Source: Gordius albopunctatus
Taxonomy: Eukaryota
Direction: 5' to 3'
NCBI GenBank assembly: GCA_964276515.1
Contig: OZ193909.1
Location: forward strand, 4,588,001 to 4,652,000
DNA length: 64,000 bases
In this document: one piece after another, positions 11,829-24,246 of the stretch
Numbering within the stretch: position 1 is the stretch's first letter
Layout of the letters: each line of letters opens with the position of its first letter
Program-made: the position numbers and the translations under genes
The notes under the pieces: model-generated
What the model was told of the DNA's origin: nothing
Database searches by the model: none
The model's input: only the letters and a program-made list of their open reading frames with translations

Positions 11829-14339
11829 GTGTTGACTATATGTTTCCCGGCCCAAGCACAAACGTTGTGGTATAAGCACAAAGATTTAATGGCTGATGAT
11901 ATATTACATCGATATCGTTCAAGGTGCAACGATCTATCAATATTATTCAGCGACTTAATGTACAATGAAGCATTGATAGCTATTGAGGATATTTTCATTG
12001 TCATTGCCAATTTAAAAATTAGTCATTTTGGTATGAGTTCACCAAATCGAAGTGCATCTGATTTACTCAAAACTGACATGAGTCTTGAACTGCAATACAA
12101 TACTGTAGAAATGGCAGCAACTGTTAGGCGCAATGTCCCACTACTAACTGATGAACAAAAAACCATTTACGAACGAATTATGCTGACAGTTTCGGCAGGA
12201 CAAGGTGGTTTCTTTTTTTTAGATGCACCAGGTGGAACTGGTAAAACATTTCTTATTTCGATAATTCTTGCCGAGATACGATCAAAAAATGGCATCGCTT
12301 TGGCCGTTGCATCATCTGGCATTGTAGCAACTTTGTTAGATGGAGGCAGAACAGCTCATTCAGCATTTAAGCTGCCACTAAATATCCAAAGTAACCCAGA
12401 AGCAGTGTGCAACATAAAAAAACAATCGTCCATGGCCACAGTACTCAAACGGTGTAAAGTTATCATCTGGGATGAATGTACTATGGCACACAAACATTCC
12501 CTTGAGGCATTGGATAGGACATTGAAGGATATAAAAAACAATGACAAACTATTTGGCGGCACTCTGTTACTCCTTTCAGGTGATTTCAGACAAAGACTTC
12601 CCGTCATTCCACGTTCAACGTACGCTGATGAGATCAACGCTTGCTTGAAATAATCGTCATTGTGGCGTATTGTTGAAAAGTTAGAACTGAAATTAAACAT
12701 GCGCGTTCATATGCTTAAAGATCCATCCGCTGAAACATTCTCAAAACAACTTTTATATATTGGTGATGGAAAAGTTGCTTTGCATGAAAATACTGGATGC
12801 ATAAAATTACCGTCTGATTTTCGCACAATCGTCGACTCGCGAAATGCTCTCATCGACCACACATTTCCAGATCTACATACACAGTACAAAAATCTTGCTT
12901 GGATGTCCGAAAGAGCAATATTGTCAGCAAAGAATGTAGATGTCAATAATTTAAATTCCAAGATACAACAGTTGTAGCCAGGTGACTTGGTGTCATACAA
13001 ATCTGTCGATACATTTTGCGATGCTAACGAAGTTGTAAATTATCCAATTGAGTTTTTGAATTCATTGGATTTGTCAGGCATGCCACCGCACCTTTTACAA
13101 TTGAAGGTTGGATCTCCAGTTATTTTGCTTCGTAATTTAAACCCACCACGGCTGTGCAATGGCACACGATTAGTCATTAAAAAATTTATGAAGAATCTTC
13201 TAGAAGTCACCATTCTGAATATAATTCCCACAGATGTACCGATTGAATTTAAACGTATTCAATTTCCAATTAGATTGGCATTCGCAATGACAATCAATAA
13301 GGCTCAAGGTCAAACGATGTTTATTTGTGGCTTAGATTTGGTCACATCATGCTTTTCCCACGGACAGCTATACGTGGCATGTTTTCGCGTGGGAAAAAAA
13401 TCCCGTTTGTTTGTGTTGGCTAAAGATGGACTAAACAAAAAGATTGTATACTCCATCGCACTTAGAGATTATTGATTAAAAACGAGATCTCCTAACAGGT
13501 ACTTTATTCATTATTAAAAACACGATTACTAATTTTCAATTAATTGGAATACACATTATTACAGGAGCCGAAACAAACAAGAAGGTTAGCTCGAAGGATG
13601 TTTATGCATTTCGTTTGATGATTAGACGCGGTTAAGAAAAAACGTCACACTACGATGTCGTGAGCTTTGCCAACTGTCCTGTCCAATGCCTCAAGGGAAT
13701 TTTTGTGTGCCATAGTACATTCATCCCAGATGATAACTTTACACAGCTTGAGTACAATCAACAGGAACTGCGTGCGGAAAAATGCATTCACTTACGAGAT
13801 GCGATTGCGAACAACGCCGACACAGCCTAAATTGGTAACTCTATTATTCTACCATCATCGTACTATAAACCCCTTACTCAAAAATTGTTTCTACATTGTT
13901 ATTTAGCTAATTAGGGACTAAGCCAAAGCAACCCTTGGTCGGGTACAGCTAGTTTTGATATATTATTTTATCTTACAATTAAAACATCTTCTAATATTTG
14001 ATCAGTCATTTGTGATCGAACATAAAAATATTGAAATTAAAATCGTATGGTTTTCGTTTCTTTACATTGTCATGACAGAGAAAACTGAGATATTCAATTC
14101 ACAATAAAATTTTGAATTAAAAATCCGAACATGAACCGTTTTTTGTATTTATCGGGTTCGGGTTTTATGGGTATTTTTAAAAATGGGTTCGGCTTTGGGT
14201 TCGGTTTCTGTAAAACATCGGGTTTTACCCAGTTCGGGTTAGGGACAAACCCCTGGGGGGGAGGGAAATTGGGAGAACTTTTTGGGTTTTTTTAAGACGA
14301 GAATTAAATTATGTTTTTAGAACGCCGTCTTGTTCCTTT

Positions 14340-14640
14340 TATATTGTGGTAGAGGGAGGGGTGGGGGCGAGAAGGGCAAGGTCAAGATTTAATATCTGCA
14401 TATCGCAGCTTCCAATAAATCGCAGATGACTTTGTTGTTTAACTACCGCATAAAATCGTCTGCTTCTAATTAAACGATCCTTTAGTGTCAGGGTCAATGA
14501 CTCGTATATTACATGTCCTTGTTTTAATTTCGACATTTTAGCAACCGATGGCCTATATTCAACAGGGACATCTGAAACGTAGCTCCATAAGTCGCCATAC
14601 GTTGTGGGATTTGCCCCCCGGATATTAAATTAGTTGCACT
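14340..14640 (-). pseudogene. Possible highly decayed CRE-like RT N-terminal remnant
   Basis: Weak echoes of CRE RT motifs (LISGGQIP, IGHRLLK, RFI..ILNLDL); same strand as, and upstream of, the 5797-7230 element. Confidence 0.35.
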
Positions 14641-14649
14641 GTAAAGGGG

Positions 14650-14920
14650 AAACTATATATTTACTCTTTTCAATTTGTTCCATTCAATGTTGGATAGTAA
14701 TTCCTCCTAAGAGGAATTTAAAGACCAAATCCAATGCCTGCCTTCTAAAATTACCTTTTCTATCATTATATAGGTGCTTTTCCACCTGACTACCATGTCA
14801 GGTTTTGCCTTTATGTAATTAATTGGTGGGTCAAATTTTTTACATATATCCTTTAATCGTGAAATATATTTCGAATTGAATCCGAATCTCGAATCGAATC
14901 TCGAATATTTCCCAGAGGCG
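14650..14920 (-). mobile_element. Fragment of hAT transposase of the 37390-41150 family
   Basis: ISRLKDICKKFDPPINYIKAKPDMVVRWKSTYIMIEK closely matches ORF 40021-40866; adjacent TCGAAT repeats. Confidence 0.75.
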
Positions 14921-15707
14921 TAGTATAAATGCTTAATCAAGTTTGTTCTATAAATAACTACTCTATTTTTAAACTTTTCTGCACTTGAATTTAACATATA
15001 AAAGATTTAAAATTAAATTACGTTGCGCGGCTTCAATGGAAGAGGAAAGTGGTGTGAGCGCGGTGAGAACAAACATAATTTCTTTACAAATTAATTTTTC
15101 ATTTTTTAAATTTATCAATCAAAATTTTAATATCCATTTTCCGGGGGAGAGCAGAGAGAGCTAATGGGAGGGGCCAATAATTAATAAGGAGTTAGGGAAT
15201 TTATCGAGTACTAGTGGAATAAAGTTAAAATATTTATTTAAATCTGTATTAGAAAAAATGAGATATAAGAAGGTGAAATATTTAAATTTCTAATATTCAC
15301 TCTATTTCAAGTGTATATCTCTTTGAACTATCGCTTTAAAATACATTTCAATTGTTTAAAACTTTGGTTTTTGAATCCAACTTATTAATTAAAACATTAA
15401 ATTTATAAAGGCTATGATCAAAGATTGTAAAAAATCTAAAATCGATATAATACCACAAACACATATATCTATCTTTTGTTAAGCTCCAGCCCTCACTATG
15501 TATTTTTTTGTCTTTGTAGAGTATAACTGACGGTGACGATGTGTAATGTACGTTAAAGTTCTATGTTGCATGTGGAGTAAAATGATAGACCACGTGAATC
15601 GCTATTTTGTTATTTTCCTTCTCGTTCGAAGTGTGTTTGTGTTATCGTGTCGCGTGTTACGTATTTAATTATTTCGCGTATGTACTATCCCATTTAGATT
15701 CGATAAA

Positions 15708-17971
15708 TCTTATATACAAAAATGAAACTATGTGTGTACGTGTGTATGCCGCCACCAATTTTCGAAAACTACCAGACCGATTTGGCTCAAAATTTCACAG
15801 TTTATTCCTGACACTCCGGAGCATGTTTTAAGATTTGTTTGAGCCAAATCAATCAAGTAGTTTTCGAGTTTGTTTTATACGTTTTGACGTTTAATAGAGT
15901 ATTCTTTGAAAATTTGAATATAGAGTTCTTTAGAAAAAGTGTATCACTTATAGTATTTTCTAAAACGTCATGCGTGTAGGTAGTGTAGTGTGATAAATGT
16001 AGGCATGTGCTTAGTATTTTGATCTCGTCTCGGTCTCGAAAACAAAATCTCGTCTCGGCAGCGATTATGAAAATCTCGATCTTGTCTCGGTCTAGAGAAA
16101 TCTCGTCTCGACTTTTAAAAAAAATATATACGGAATAAAAAATTTCTCCTGTTTTATTAAAAATATTAAATAAGTTTAAAAATTAAAATGGCAAATTTTT
16201 ATATTTTTTGATAAACTTTAATACACAAACTTTTTAAAGATTTAGTGGGACACGAAATCTCATTGTCAATATAAAGATATGAATTCATTCAAAAAAATAA
16301 AATTTTCTATGGAAAGTGCAGACTAAAAAACTATAAATAAATTTGAAGTATAGAAAATTAAGTTTTATTGTTCTAGCAAATTATAACGTTTGTATCAAAT
16401 CATTGTGTTTGTCAACTATATAGACTTAGAAAATAATAATTTCGGTTATAGTTGACTTAGTTACACAATTTAGCAAATTGAGACCCTTTATTAACATTGG
16501 CTAAACCTTCAAAGTAGACCTTAACATATTTAAGGCACACATTTAAGTCAATTAGTACCATCATTAATTATAGCCCGTAGTGTTTATTGCATGTTTATTA
16601 TAGCGTTATAAACCACAATGTGCAAGTAACTTTTAATGATAATATTATTATTTACAGAATTGATAACTAGATGCACATATAAAAACGGGTAGAAACAACA
16701 ATAAAAGCATCAATATTATAGGATTAGGAATATGAGGTTTTAAACTCTTAATTGCACGTATTTAAATTTATGACAAAAATCATTAAAATCAAATTTATAT
16801 TCCAAATAATTATCTTCCAATTCTAACTAACTTTGACATTAAATAGTTATTTATCGAATATAGTTGAAGCATAAAACTTCTAGAAAACTCATGCTTTAGA
16901 TTTAATCTATTGCGGTGTCATTAAATAATCTATTGTACTTTTGAAATCGTTAAGCGGGTGCTTAAAAATCTCGAGCCACCTTAGCTTAACTAGTTTAATT
17001 ATTCAAACTGATTGACCACCAATTTATAATTACCGCATTATGCAGGATGAGTAACTGCGAAATATAAATATGTTTTGTTTATATTTACTATTCAATCAGA
17101 ACTCATTCTAAGCCTATAAATTTGTAATATTTAATAATGCTATGGATTTAAATATGTGATAAAGATATTATAAAATTATTCACATAACCTAAGGGTCAAC
17201 AATACTTAGGTAAATGTTCCAAAAAATATAATATTTACAGGAATTTTTTAATGTCAAATATACTCCATATGTATTGATTTACACTTAATACCTTAAATGT
17301 AAATCATGTAAATTAAAATACACAATAATTTACTAAAATCTAACGAAAAAAAGTCGATATCTCGCCGAAATAATCTCGGTTTTTACGATTTGAAACATTA
17401 AATCAAAGTAATTTTTTGCTTATTTTTCACGTCAATTATTATTATAGGATAGTCGTGTCCCCTCCTGCGTGGCTAAATAAATTAAAAAATCTCATTTTAT
17501 CATTTTTTGCCGGTTAAATAAGGAGAAAAATTAAAATACTTTTAACAAAGTTCCAATAAATGTTGATATATCTCAGTTCTTAATTAAAAGTTTTATTCAG
17601 AAACAAATAATTATAATTATGATATTGTTTCTCAATTACAAAAAATTATAAAAATATTTCTTGAAGGGCCAGGGGGCCAAAGTTTTTTCCCTTGGGGGGG
17701 AGGCATGGGGCCAGACTTTCTCTCTTGGGTGGGCCTGGGCCTTGGACCCTCTTTAACTATTTGTTTAAAATTTTTGCATAATAGATACTTACGAATTATT
17801 TTTGATATATTCTTAATCTATTATACGGAAATAGAACAATAGTAGTAGAACATATAATCAAACTTTATTTTTACCTCAATAACCGCTTTATCATCATAAA
17901 TGCCCTAAAATTCCAACATAATTTAATACACCCGGGTAAATGGCAAAACAACGTTTGCCGGGTTCATCTAG
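15708..17971 (+). mobile_element. Non-autonomous Helitron carrying a nested hAT MITE
   Basis: A|TC start; 3' hairpin GGCAAAACAACGTTTGCC followed by CTAG|T; shares AACGTCATGCGTGTAGGTAGTG with the 5' region of the autonomous Helitron (~7990). Confidence 0.8.
16012..17380. mobile_element. 3'-clipped copy of the TCTCG-repeat hAT non-autonomous element
   Basis: Colinear and highly similar to 38096-39460 over ~1.4 kb. Confidence 0.85.
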
Positions 17972-17999
17972 TTCCTAATAAATTCCAATCTCGATATTG

Positions 18000-20900
18000 T
18001 AACAATTGGCGTCGTGAATCATTGGAACCTACATGGAATATATTTAGATTGGGAGATTCTATTGAAACATTTCTAATCCAATTCGAGGCTAACATCAAGG
18101 TGCAGACAGGGACGTTATCTGATACCCAGAAAATGTGCAGGTTTAGGGTTATCGCGTACGACGCGTACCCGGATAACACTACCGAATGGTCTTTCGAAGA
18201 AGCGACCAGGAGAGGGAGGAAGGTGTTTAAGGGGCGGATCTGCCCTCTTGCGCAAATATTTATTTTTGGAAATATTGGGAAAATGCAGGGGAGGAGGTGA
18301 TGCAGTTGATACGCAGGCTCAATCAGGCCTCGAAAGACTGTGGTTTTTGTGCGGGGGGGGGGAGGGAGGGGGTTAAGGCCCAGGGATTCTGGGACTCCGC
18401 GACACAACGGTGCAGGCTTCGTTGATGGCCGAAAGAGATCTCAAATGGGACAAGGCCGTGGAGATCGCCCTAGGTGGGGAGGCAATCGGTGAAAGCCTAA
18501 GGACAATGCACCAGCCAGTGGACGAGGCATTTAGGGTCGACTCAATAAGGACGGGCCCGAGTATGACCAGATTTGGCCATATATTAGATATTTTGACGAT
18601 TGATTTATATATTAGAATGGGCAAGTGGCTGAATGACGACTTAATTGAGCCGGTGGAATTTTTGCGCTGGGCAAGCCCGTTGGTGCCAGTGCGAAAGAGC
18701 CACGGGAGCTTTAAGCTCTGCATCGACTATCGCTTTACGGTCAATAAATATGCTCAAGGGCTATTGTATCCCCTACCAAAGATCGACGAGCCTCTTAATC
18801 AGCTAGAGAATGCGGCAGTCTTCTCAAAAATAGATCTCGCCAAGGCCTACCACTAGCTAAGGGTGAGTATAGAAAGGAGTCACTTGCTAACAATTTCAAC
18901 TCACAAAGGGTTATTTAGAGTGAAGCGAATGCCGTTCGGGCTTAAGTGTGCTGCAGCCATTTTTCAGAAAACAATGGATCAAATATTTGGCGGCATGGAG
19001 GGTGTGGTAGTATATATTGATGATTTATTGATAGTAGGGGATACGGAAGACATCCACAACAAACGGTTGTATAGGGTGCTGACAACGTTACACGATTGGG
19101 GTTTTGTCCCAAATTTTGCCAAGAGCGTATTGGGTGTTACAGAGGTGACTTTCTAAGGCTACATCATCACCAACAAAGAGGTACAGGTGAATTACGAGAA
19201 GGGTAGAGTGGTCCTGGAATGGAGGCAACTAACAAATAAAAACGAGGTCAAACAGCGACCGCCGGGGGGAGAATGGAGAATAGTGGCTTACGCGTCAAGA
19301 GCACTAAACGAAGTCGATTGCCGTTATTCTGCTATAGAGCGCAAGGCCTTGGCGGTAGTTTACGGAATAAAGAAGTTTAATGATTTTGTACAGGGAAGAG
19401 AGATTTATATCCTAACGGACCACAAACCATTGTTAATGGCTATGCAATTTATGGGCTCGTTTTTGTTGTCCGTCCGTCCGTTGACCGTCCGTCCAACGTT
19501 CTGAATTGCTGGTTCGATAACCGGAGAGGGAAATTTTTTTTTAATTAAATTAATATATTGTTCTTGTTAATACCATTGATACTGTGACTTTTTTTGCTGT
19601 CCGCTGGCTGCTGACCAATGAAAAAATGATTATTGGCCAAATTGTGATTTGAAATTTTTTTTTTCGTTTTTTTCTCTCTCTTATGTATTTATATCCTTTT
19701 GACCGTGTCCTGGCTACTGACCAAAAAATTGACAACTGGCCAAAATGAGATTAAACTCTATTTTTTTAGATTATAATTATAGGCTAGTTATTTAGCTGTC
19801 TGCTAACCATTAGAAAAAATGACCACTGGACAAAGTGATGAAAAAAATGACCAATGGTCAAGGTCTGATTGGATATATTTTTCATTTTTTAATTTCTTGT
19901 TTATACTATACACATGCGCATGATTTGAATTGAGTCAATAGTCATAATTCAAATTATGGGTCGCCTATTCGAATATTGACTTAATTTTGTATTTTAATTA
20001 AATAAAATTTTTATGTATAAACTAAAGTAATAGAAGTATTGCAATGGGATAATTCCAAAAATTATTAGTAGAAAAAATGTCAAAAAATACCTTTAGATTT
20101 AAATTCGTTTGTCACATTAATCAGGAAACAGTGTAGTGGTACATTTTTGACGAAAGTAATTAATTGTCACCTAAAAAACTGGCAGCCCAGCTGATGAAAA
20201 AATATCAAAACCGTTTGAACGAAATGATTTTCTTTCAAGATTTATATATAAAAGTAGTGATAATTGTTTAAAATGTTAGGTTACCAAGGGAGATGTGTCC
20301 CTTAGACCCCAAGGCATTTAACAAATTTAAAAGAAATTTTTATTAATAATTATAACTCCTAAATCAAATGAAATCAATTTACGTATTAAAAGTCAATATA
20401 TTATGTAATTAGTGTTTAAATATTTAGTATTTTTAATTGTAGCTAACTAAAATCTCAGAACAAATATGTTAAGCTAGGTTCACTGCGAAGACCAACGGAG
20501 TTTTAAATATAAGCCTAAATTTTATTCCATCACATCACATATCCATTGACAACAAAGTTTTCTGTCTATATATACTAAGGCGATTCTCTAGTTTAAAGCA
20601 AAGTTTTACCGCAGGCATTTGATGTCCCTAAAATTGTGGGAAATAAAGTATTTCTCCTAGTCCTATTGCTTTACTGGTTTCTCCCCTTTCCCCTCCCCTC
20701 TCTCCCCCAGCAAGTTAGCAAGTTTTAGCAGAGCCGCATTTAGTGACAAAAATGCGTCGCGCAAGCGCTCATAAAACGAATTCATTGCCAAGGTTAATCT
20801 AATCCGCCATTACACACACAACCTCACTCACACAGTGCAGCAGCAGTACTATTCATACCCACCCCTCGGGGGGGGGGGGCTTAGCTTTTCGATCGATTGC

Positions 20901-21990
20901 GCTCCACCCTCTCGCCCCTTAAAGGATGTGGGTTCGAATCTCGGCGAGGGCAAATTCTTAATTGCTGGTTCGAATCCCGGAGAGGGTAAATTTTTTTTAT
21001 TTTTTTTTTAAATTAATATATTGTTCTTGTTATTAGCATTAATAATATGACTTTTTGGCCGTCTGCTGGCTGCTGACCAATCAATAAAATGACCATAGGT
21101 CAAATTGTGAATCGAAATTTGTTTTCGTTTTTTCCCGTCTCTTATGCATTTATATCCTTTTTGACCGTGTCCTGGCTACTGAAAAATAAAAAAAATGACT
21201 ACTGGCCAAAGTGAGATTAAGATTAAATTTTTTCTCTATCTTATAATTATTGGCCAGTATTTGGCACTCTGCTCGTTTCTGACAAATGGAAAAAATGACC
21301 TCTGACTAAAGTGATGGAAAATTTGTATAAATAATTAACTAATCATTTTGCATTTTATACCCCCCCCCCTATAGGCATTCTCGCCCCTTCCCACCTTTCT
21401 CGCTTATAAATTGCATCGCAAATATACTAAGTTTCTACGGAGAATAGATGAGTTTCGTTACCCATTCCCTTCCCCCCCTTCCCTTTCCTCCCTCCCCTTC
21501 CCCCCTTTCCCTTCCCACCAGCACCAAAGGGCCTGGTTTTTGATATATTTTCGATCAAAGCAAAAGAAGGAAGGAACAGTGGTCGCCGCGTTTAATGCGA
21601 TGGGCCTTATTTGGCTTAGGTTATACAGCAAAGTTCGTTTATAGCAAGGGTAAAGATAACGCAGCCGATTTTTTGTCGAGGCGACCAAGCGAGAATGCTT
21701 TTCAAGTTACCGAAGAGGTACTAGAGGATACCTCGGACGCGCTTATCTCACTTGACGTTATACAAGAGTACACCGCCAGCGACGAGACATTACAGCATCT
21801 CAAAGAGTGGGTTAAGGGTACGCGCAATAGAGCAGTAGTGGTCGGTCCAATGCTACACTACAAAAAGTTCCTACCTAAGCTGCAAGAGTCAAAGGAAGTG
21901 ATTTTTTACAAGGGCCGACGGGTAGTGGTGCCAATGAAGCTAAGATAGAGGGTATTGAAAAGATTACACAAGGGCCACGTGGGGGTTAAA
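18000..21990 (+). mobile_element. Decayed Ty3/Gypsy internal region (gag, RT, RNase H, integrase start), interrupted at ~19440-21545
   Basis: WASPLVPV..LCIDYR, FSKIDL..AY, RMPFGL, YIDD, AYASRAL..YSAIER, TDHKPL; resumes with RWAL..NAADFLSR..LHKGH; stops and deletions. Confidence 0.85.
19441..21416. mobile_element. Non-coding TIR-bounded insertion with an internal ~350-bp duplication
   Basis: TATGCAATTTAT (19441) and ATAAATTGCAT (21406) are inverted; 19500-19850 is repeated at 20960-21320; exact ends and TSD unresolved. Confidence 0.5.
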
Positions 21991-21997
21991 ATGGGTA

Positions 21998-22998
21998 CAG
22001 TCAAAATCGCTTAAGTGAGAATCGCTGGGCCTTAAATTTTAAAAAAAATTCTCACTTAAGCGATTTTTAGCACTTATACGATTAATTTAATTATTCATTT
22101 AATTTATAAAATATTTTAAACTCATGCTATTTTTATCAAGGTAGAGGTTCCAAAAATTACGTTTTTTAATATATAATACATATATATAAGTTATTTAGAA
22201 AATTAAAAATTTTGAGCAAACTTAATTTTATGCACTTTATAGTGTTAAACAGAATCAGCTGACACTTACATACATTGCATACACGCATTAAAAATCTTAA
22301 TTAAATTTGATCAAAGATATAAAAGAGTAATTGTTTGTTTTTTAAATAGAATTTTGTTAAAAAATAGCTTTAATGCATATCAAAAATTGAATTAAACTTG
22401 ATCATTTGATGCTAAAAGTCATTGATATGTAAACAAATTTACATTCATTAAAATGCTTTGAAAAATATTTTGCCTTGGTAAGAAGCAAAGGGCCATTAGT
22501 TGCACATCTTTTTGAACTAATTTCTGCAAACCATTTTAGTAAGCTTGTTCAGTTTTTAGGTATTGTGCTAAATTAAATTATTTTGATTTATGATAACAAG
22601 ATTCCTTTTCCTTTGTCTTTTTTTATTGAGAGATTTGGTATTAGAAGCAGTTGTCTGCAATTCGGCTGCATTTTTGCATCTACGGTAAATTGTCCCTAGT
22701 CCCACTTTGTAATTATTGGCTAAAGTTGATTTGCTGGTATGTTTGGCCTCTTGAATGATTTTCAGCTTGTCATAGTAATTAAATTATTTTTCATTCTCAC
22801 TTATAAACCTAAATTTGCTTAAAAAATTCATTAAAAAATTTCATAATCTTACCACTTATCCGATTTTTAGCACTTAAACGATTCTCACTTATAAATAGAT
22901 TTAGCGTAAATTTTAAGCAATGTGTTCAAAAAATCGCGGTTATTTATCATTTATAAATATTACCATTTATCCGATTCTCACTTATACAATTTCGACTG
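21998..22998 (-). mobile_element. Tigger/pogo-like (Tc1-mariner superfamily) deletion derivative
   Basis: TA|CAGTCAAAATCGCTTAAGTGAGAATCG ... CGATTCTCACTTATACAATTTCGACTG|TA; minus-strand CENP-B-type HTH remnant KLKIIQEA..LANNYKVGLGTIY..LLKWF..NGPLLLTKA. Confidence 0.85.
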
Positions 22999-23870
22999 TA
23001 TTAAAGTTTAAATTAATCCTCAATATTTGTGTATAATTATAAAGCCCAATTTTAAGCAATTATAAAGATAAAATGTCTGCTTGTTATATCATAATTATCA
23101 CGTGACACTTTTTATTAGGTATATGTGATTATGCAATCTCCATTTCTTAATTATCATCCTATTAATGAGTTATGATTTATTTGAATCGGGAACAAGATTT
23201 GAGTCTACCTTAAGTTTCTACAATTTCTTTAAAAAATTCATGGCTTAAAAATTCCAGTTGAACATTTTTTTACTTGTTTAATAGTTTATAAGCCATTAAA
23301 CAGTTTGCCTTACCATTCGATTCATACATTAATAAATGTGCATTAAGGATCACGGTAACATGCTTTCTTATTTTCAAATTTAAATCCGAACATCTGATAT
23401 TCTTACTCATGTATAACATAATCAAAATAAGATCCCTCCTAAAAAATTAAAATCTTATCGCTTATTTTAATTAACCCACTTATATATTTTTTGCCTCAAC
23501 AACCTATTTTTTATAATATTTGGTAAAATAAACGACTTCAAAAATCTTAAGATAAGTGCCACAACGCTTTCAATTTTGAAAGACGCAACGAAAACATAGT
23601 TAAGTTACTGTTCAGTTTAATATTATTTTACACTGAACTCTATGAAATATTTTGGTTTGGTCAGTCTCGTTAAAGGCTTTATATAAGAATCTAACTCTTT
23701 TCTTTGCAGGAAATTAAATTATCTTACAACATAATTTTTAAGTGCTACGAATCTAAATATATAGCAGATATACTTATAATATTTGAGGCTCAAAAATTGG
23801 AAATTTTAAATGTATGACTTAGTTTTATGAGAAATAAATCACATATATTTACATGTATTACGTTTTAACA

Positions 23871-24143
23871 GGTGGCCCGTCAACTTGCCGAAAACCATCT
23901 TGCCGAATCGAATGTCTCAAAGTTAAAAAATTTCCCCCAATTATAAAATGTCCCCGAACAATAAAACATATTAATCATTTAATTTCAGAATAAAGTTATA
24001 ATTTAGTTATTTTTTATAATCAAATTGATAAATATTATAAAAGGTACTCAATTTAGGGCCTTCTTTATGATAATGGAGAGATGTTCGTTAATGTCCCAGG
24101 ATGAATTCGGTAACATTGCTTTCGGCGAGTTGATAGGGCACCG
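23871..24143. mobile_element. Mutator-like MITE, same family as 4605-4760
   Basis: ~38-bp imperfect TIRs (GGTGGCCCGTCAACTTGCCGAAA / TTTCGGCGAGTTGATAGGGCACC); flanks GTTTTAACA / GTTTTATTAACA resemble a degraded TSD. Confidence 0.72.
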
Positions 24144-24212
24144 TTTTATTAACAGTATAATTCAAATTTCGCTTATTTGACTTGCTACGTATTTTATCCT
24201 AAACTATTTAAA

Positions 24213-24227
24213 TTTCTCGAATTTTCA
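24213..24227 (+). promoter_or_regulatory. Candidate heat-shock element upstream of the FKBP gene
   Basis: tTTCtcGAAttTTCa, three alternating nGAAn pentamers ending 20 nt before the ATG. Confidence 0.4.
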
Positions 24228-24246
24228 GTTTATTGCGAAGCCTATA

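Larger units (their letters stand above)
7766..13952 (+). mobile_element. Helitron with decayed Rep/Pif1-helicase gene (coding remnants 8079-13475)
   Basis: 5' A|TC at 7765/7766; 3' hairpin GCCAAAGCAACCCTTGG then CTAG|T at 13949-13953. HUH motif EWQKRGLPHAHILIW, Y2 motif KYICKY, helicase motifs APGGTGKT, WDECTM, GDFRQ, AMTINKAQGQ. Several frameshifts, stops and an internal deletion. Confidence 0.93.
7385..14255. mobile_element. Non-autonomous TIR element (TTCGGG subterminal repeats) split by the Helitron
   Basis: TAGGGGTTTG at 7385 and CAAACCCCTG at 14246-14255 are inverted; TTCGGGT repeats lie inside both ends; TSD unclear in G-rich flanks. Confidence 0.55.

Noticed and set aside
12625..12655. 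CTGATGA..GAAA hammerhead-like string
   Set aside because: Lies in Helitron helicase coding sequence and lacks helix I/II pairing.
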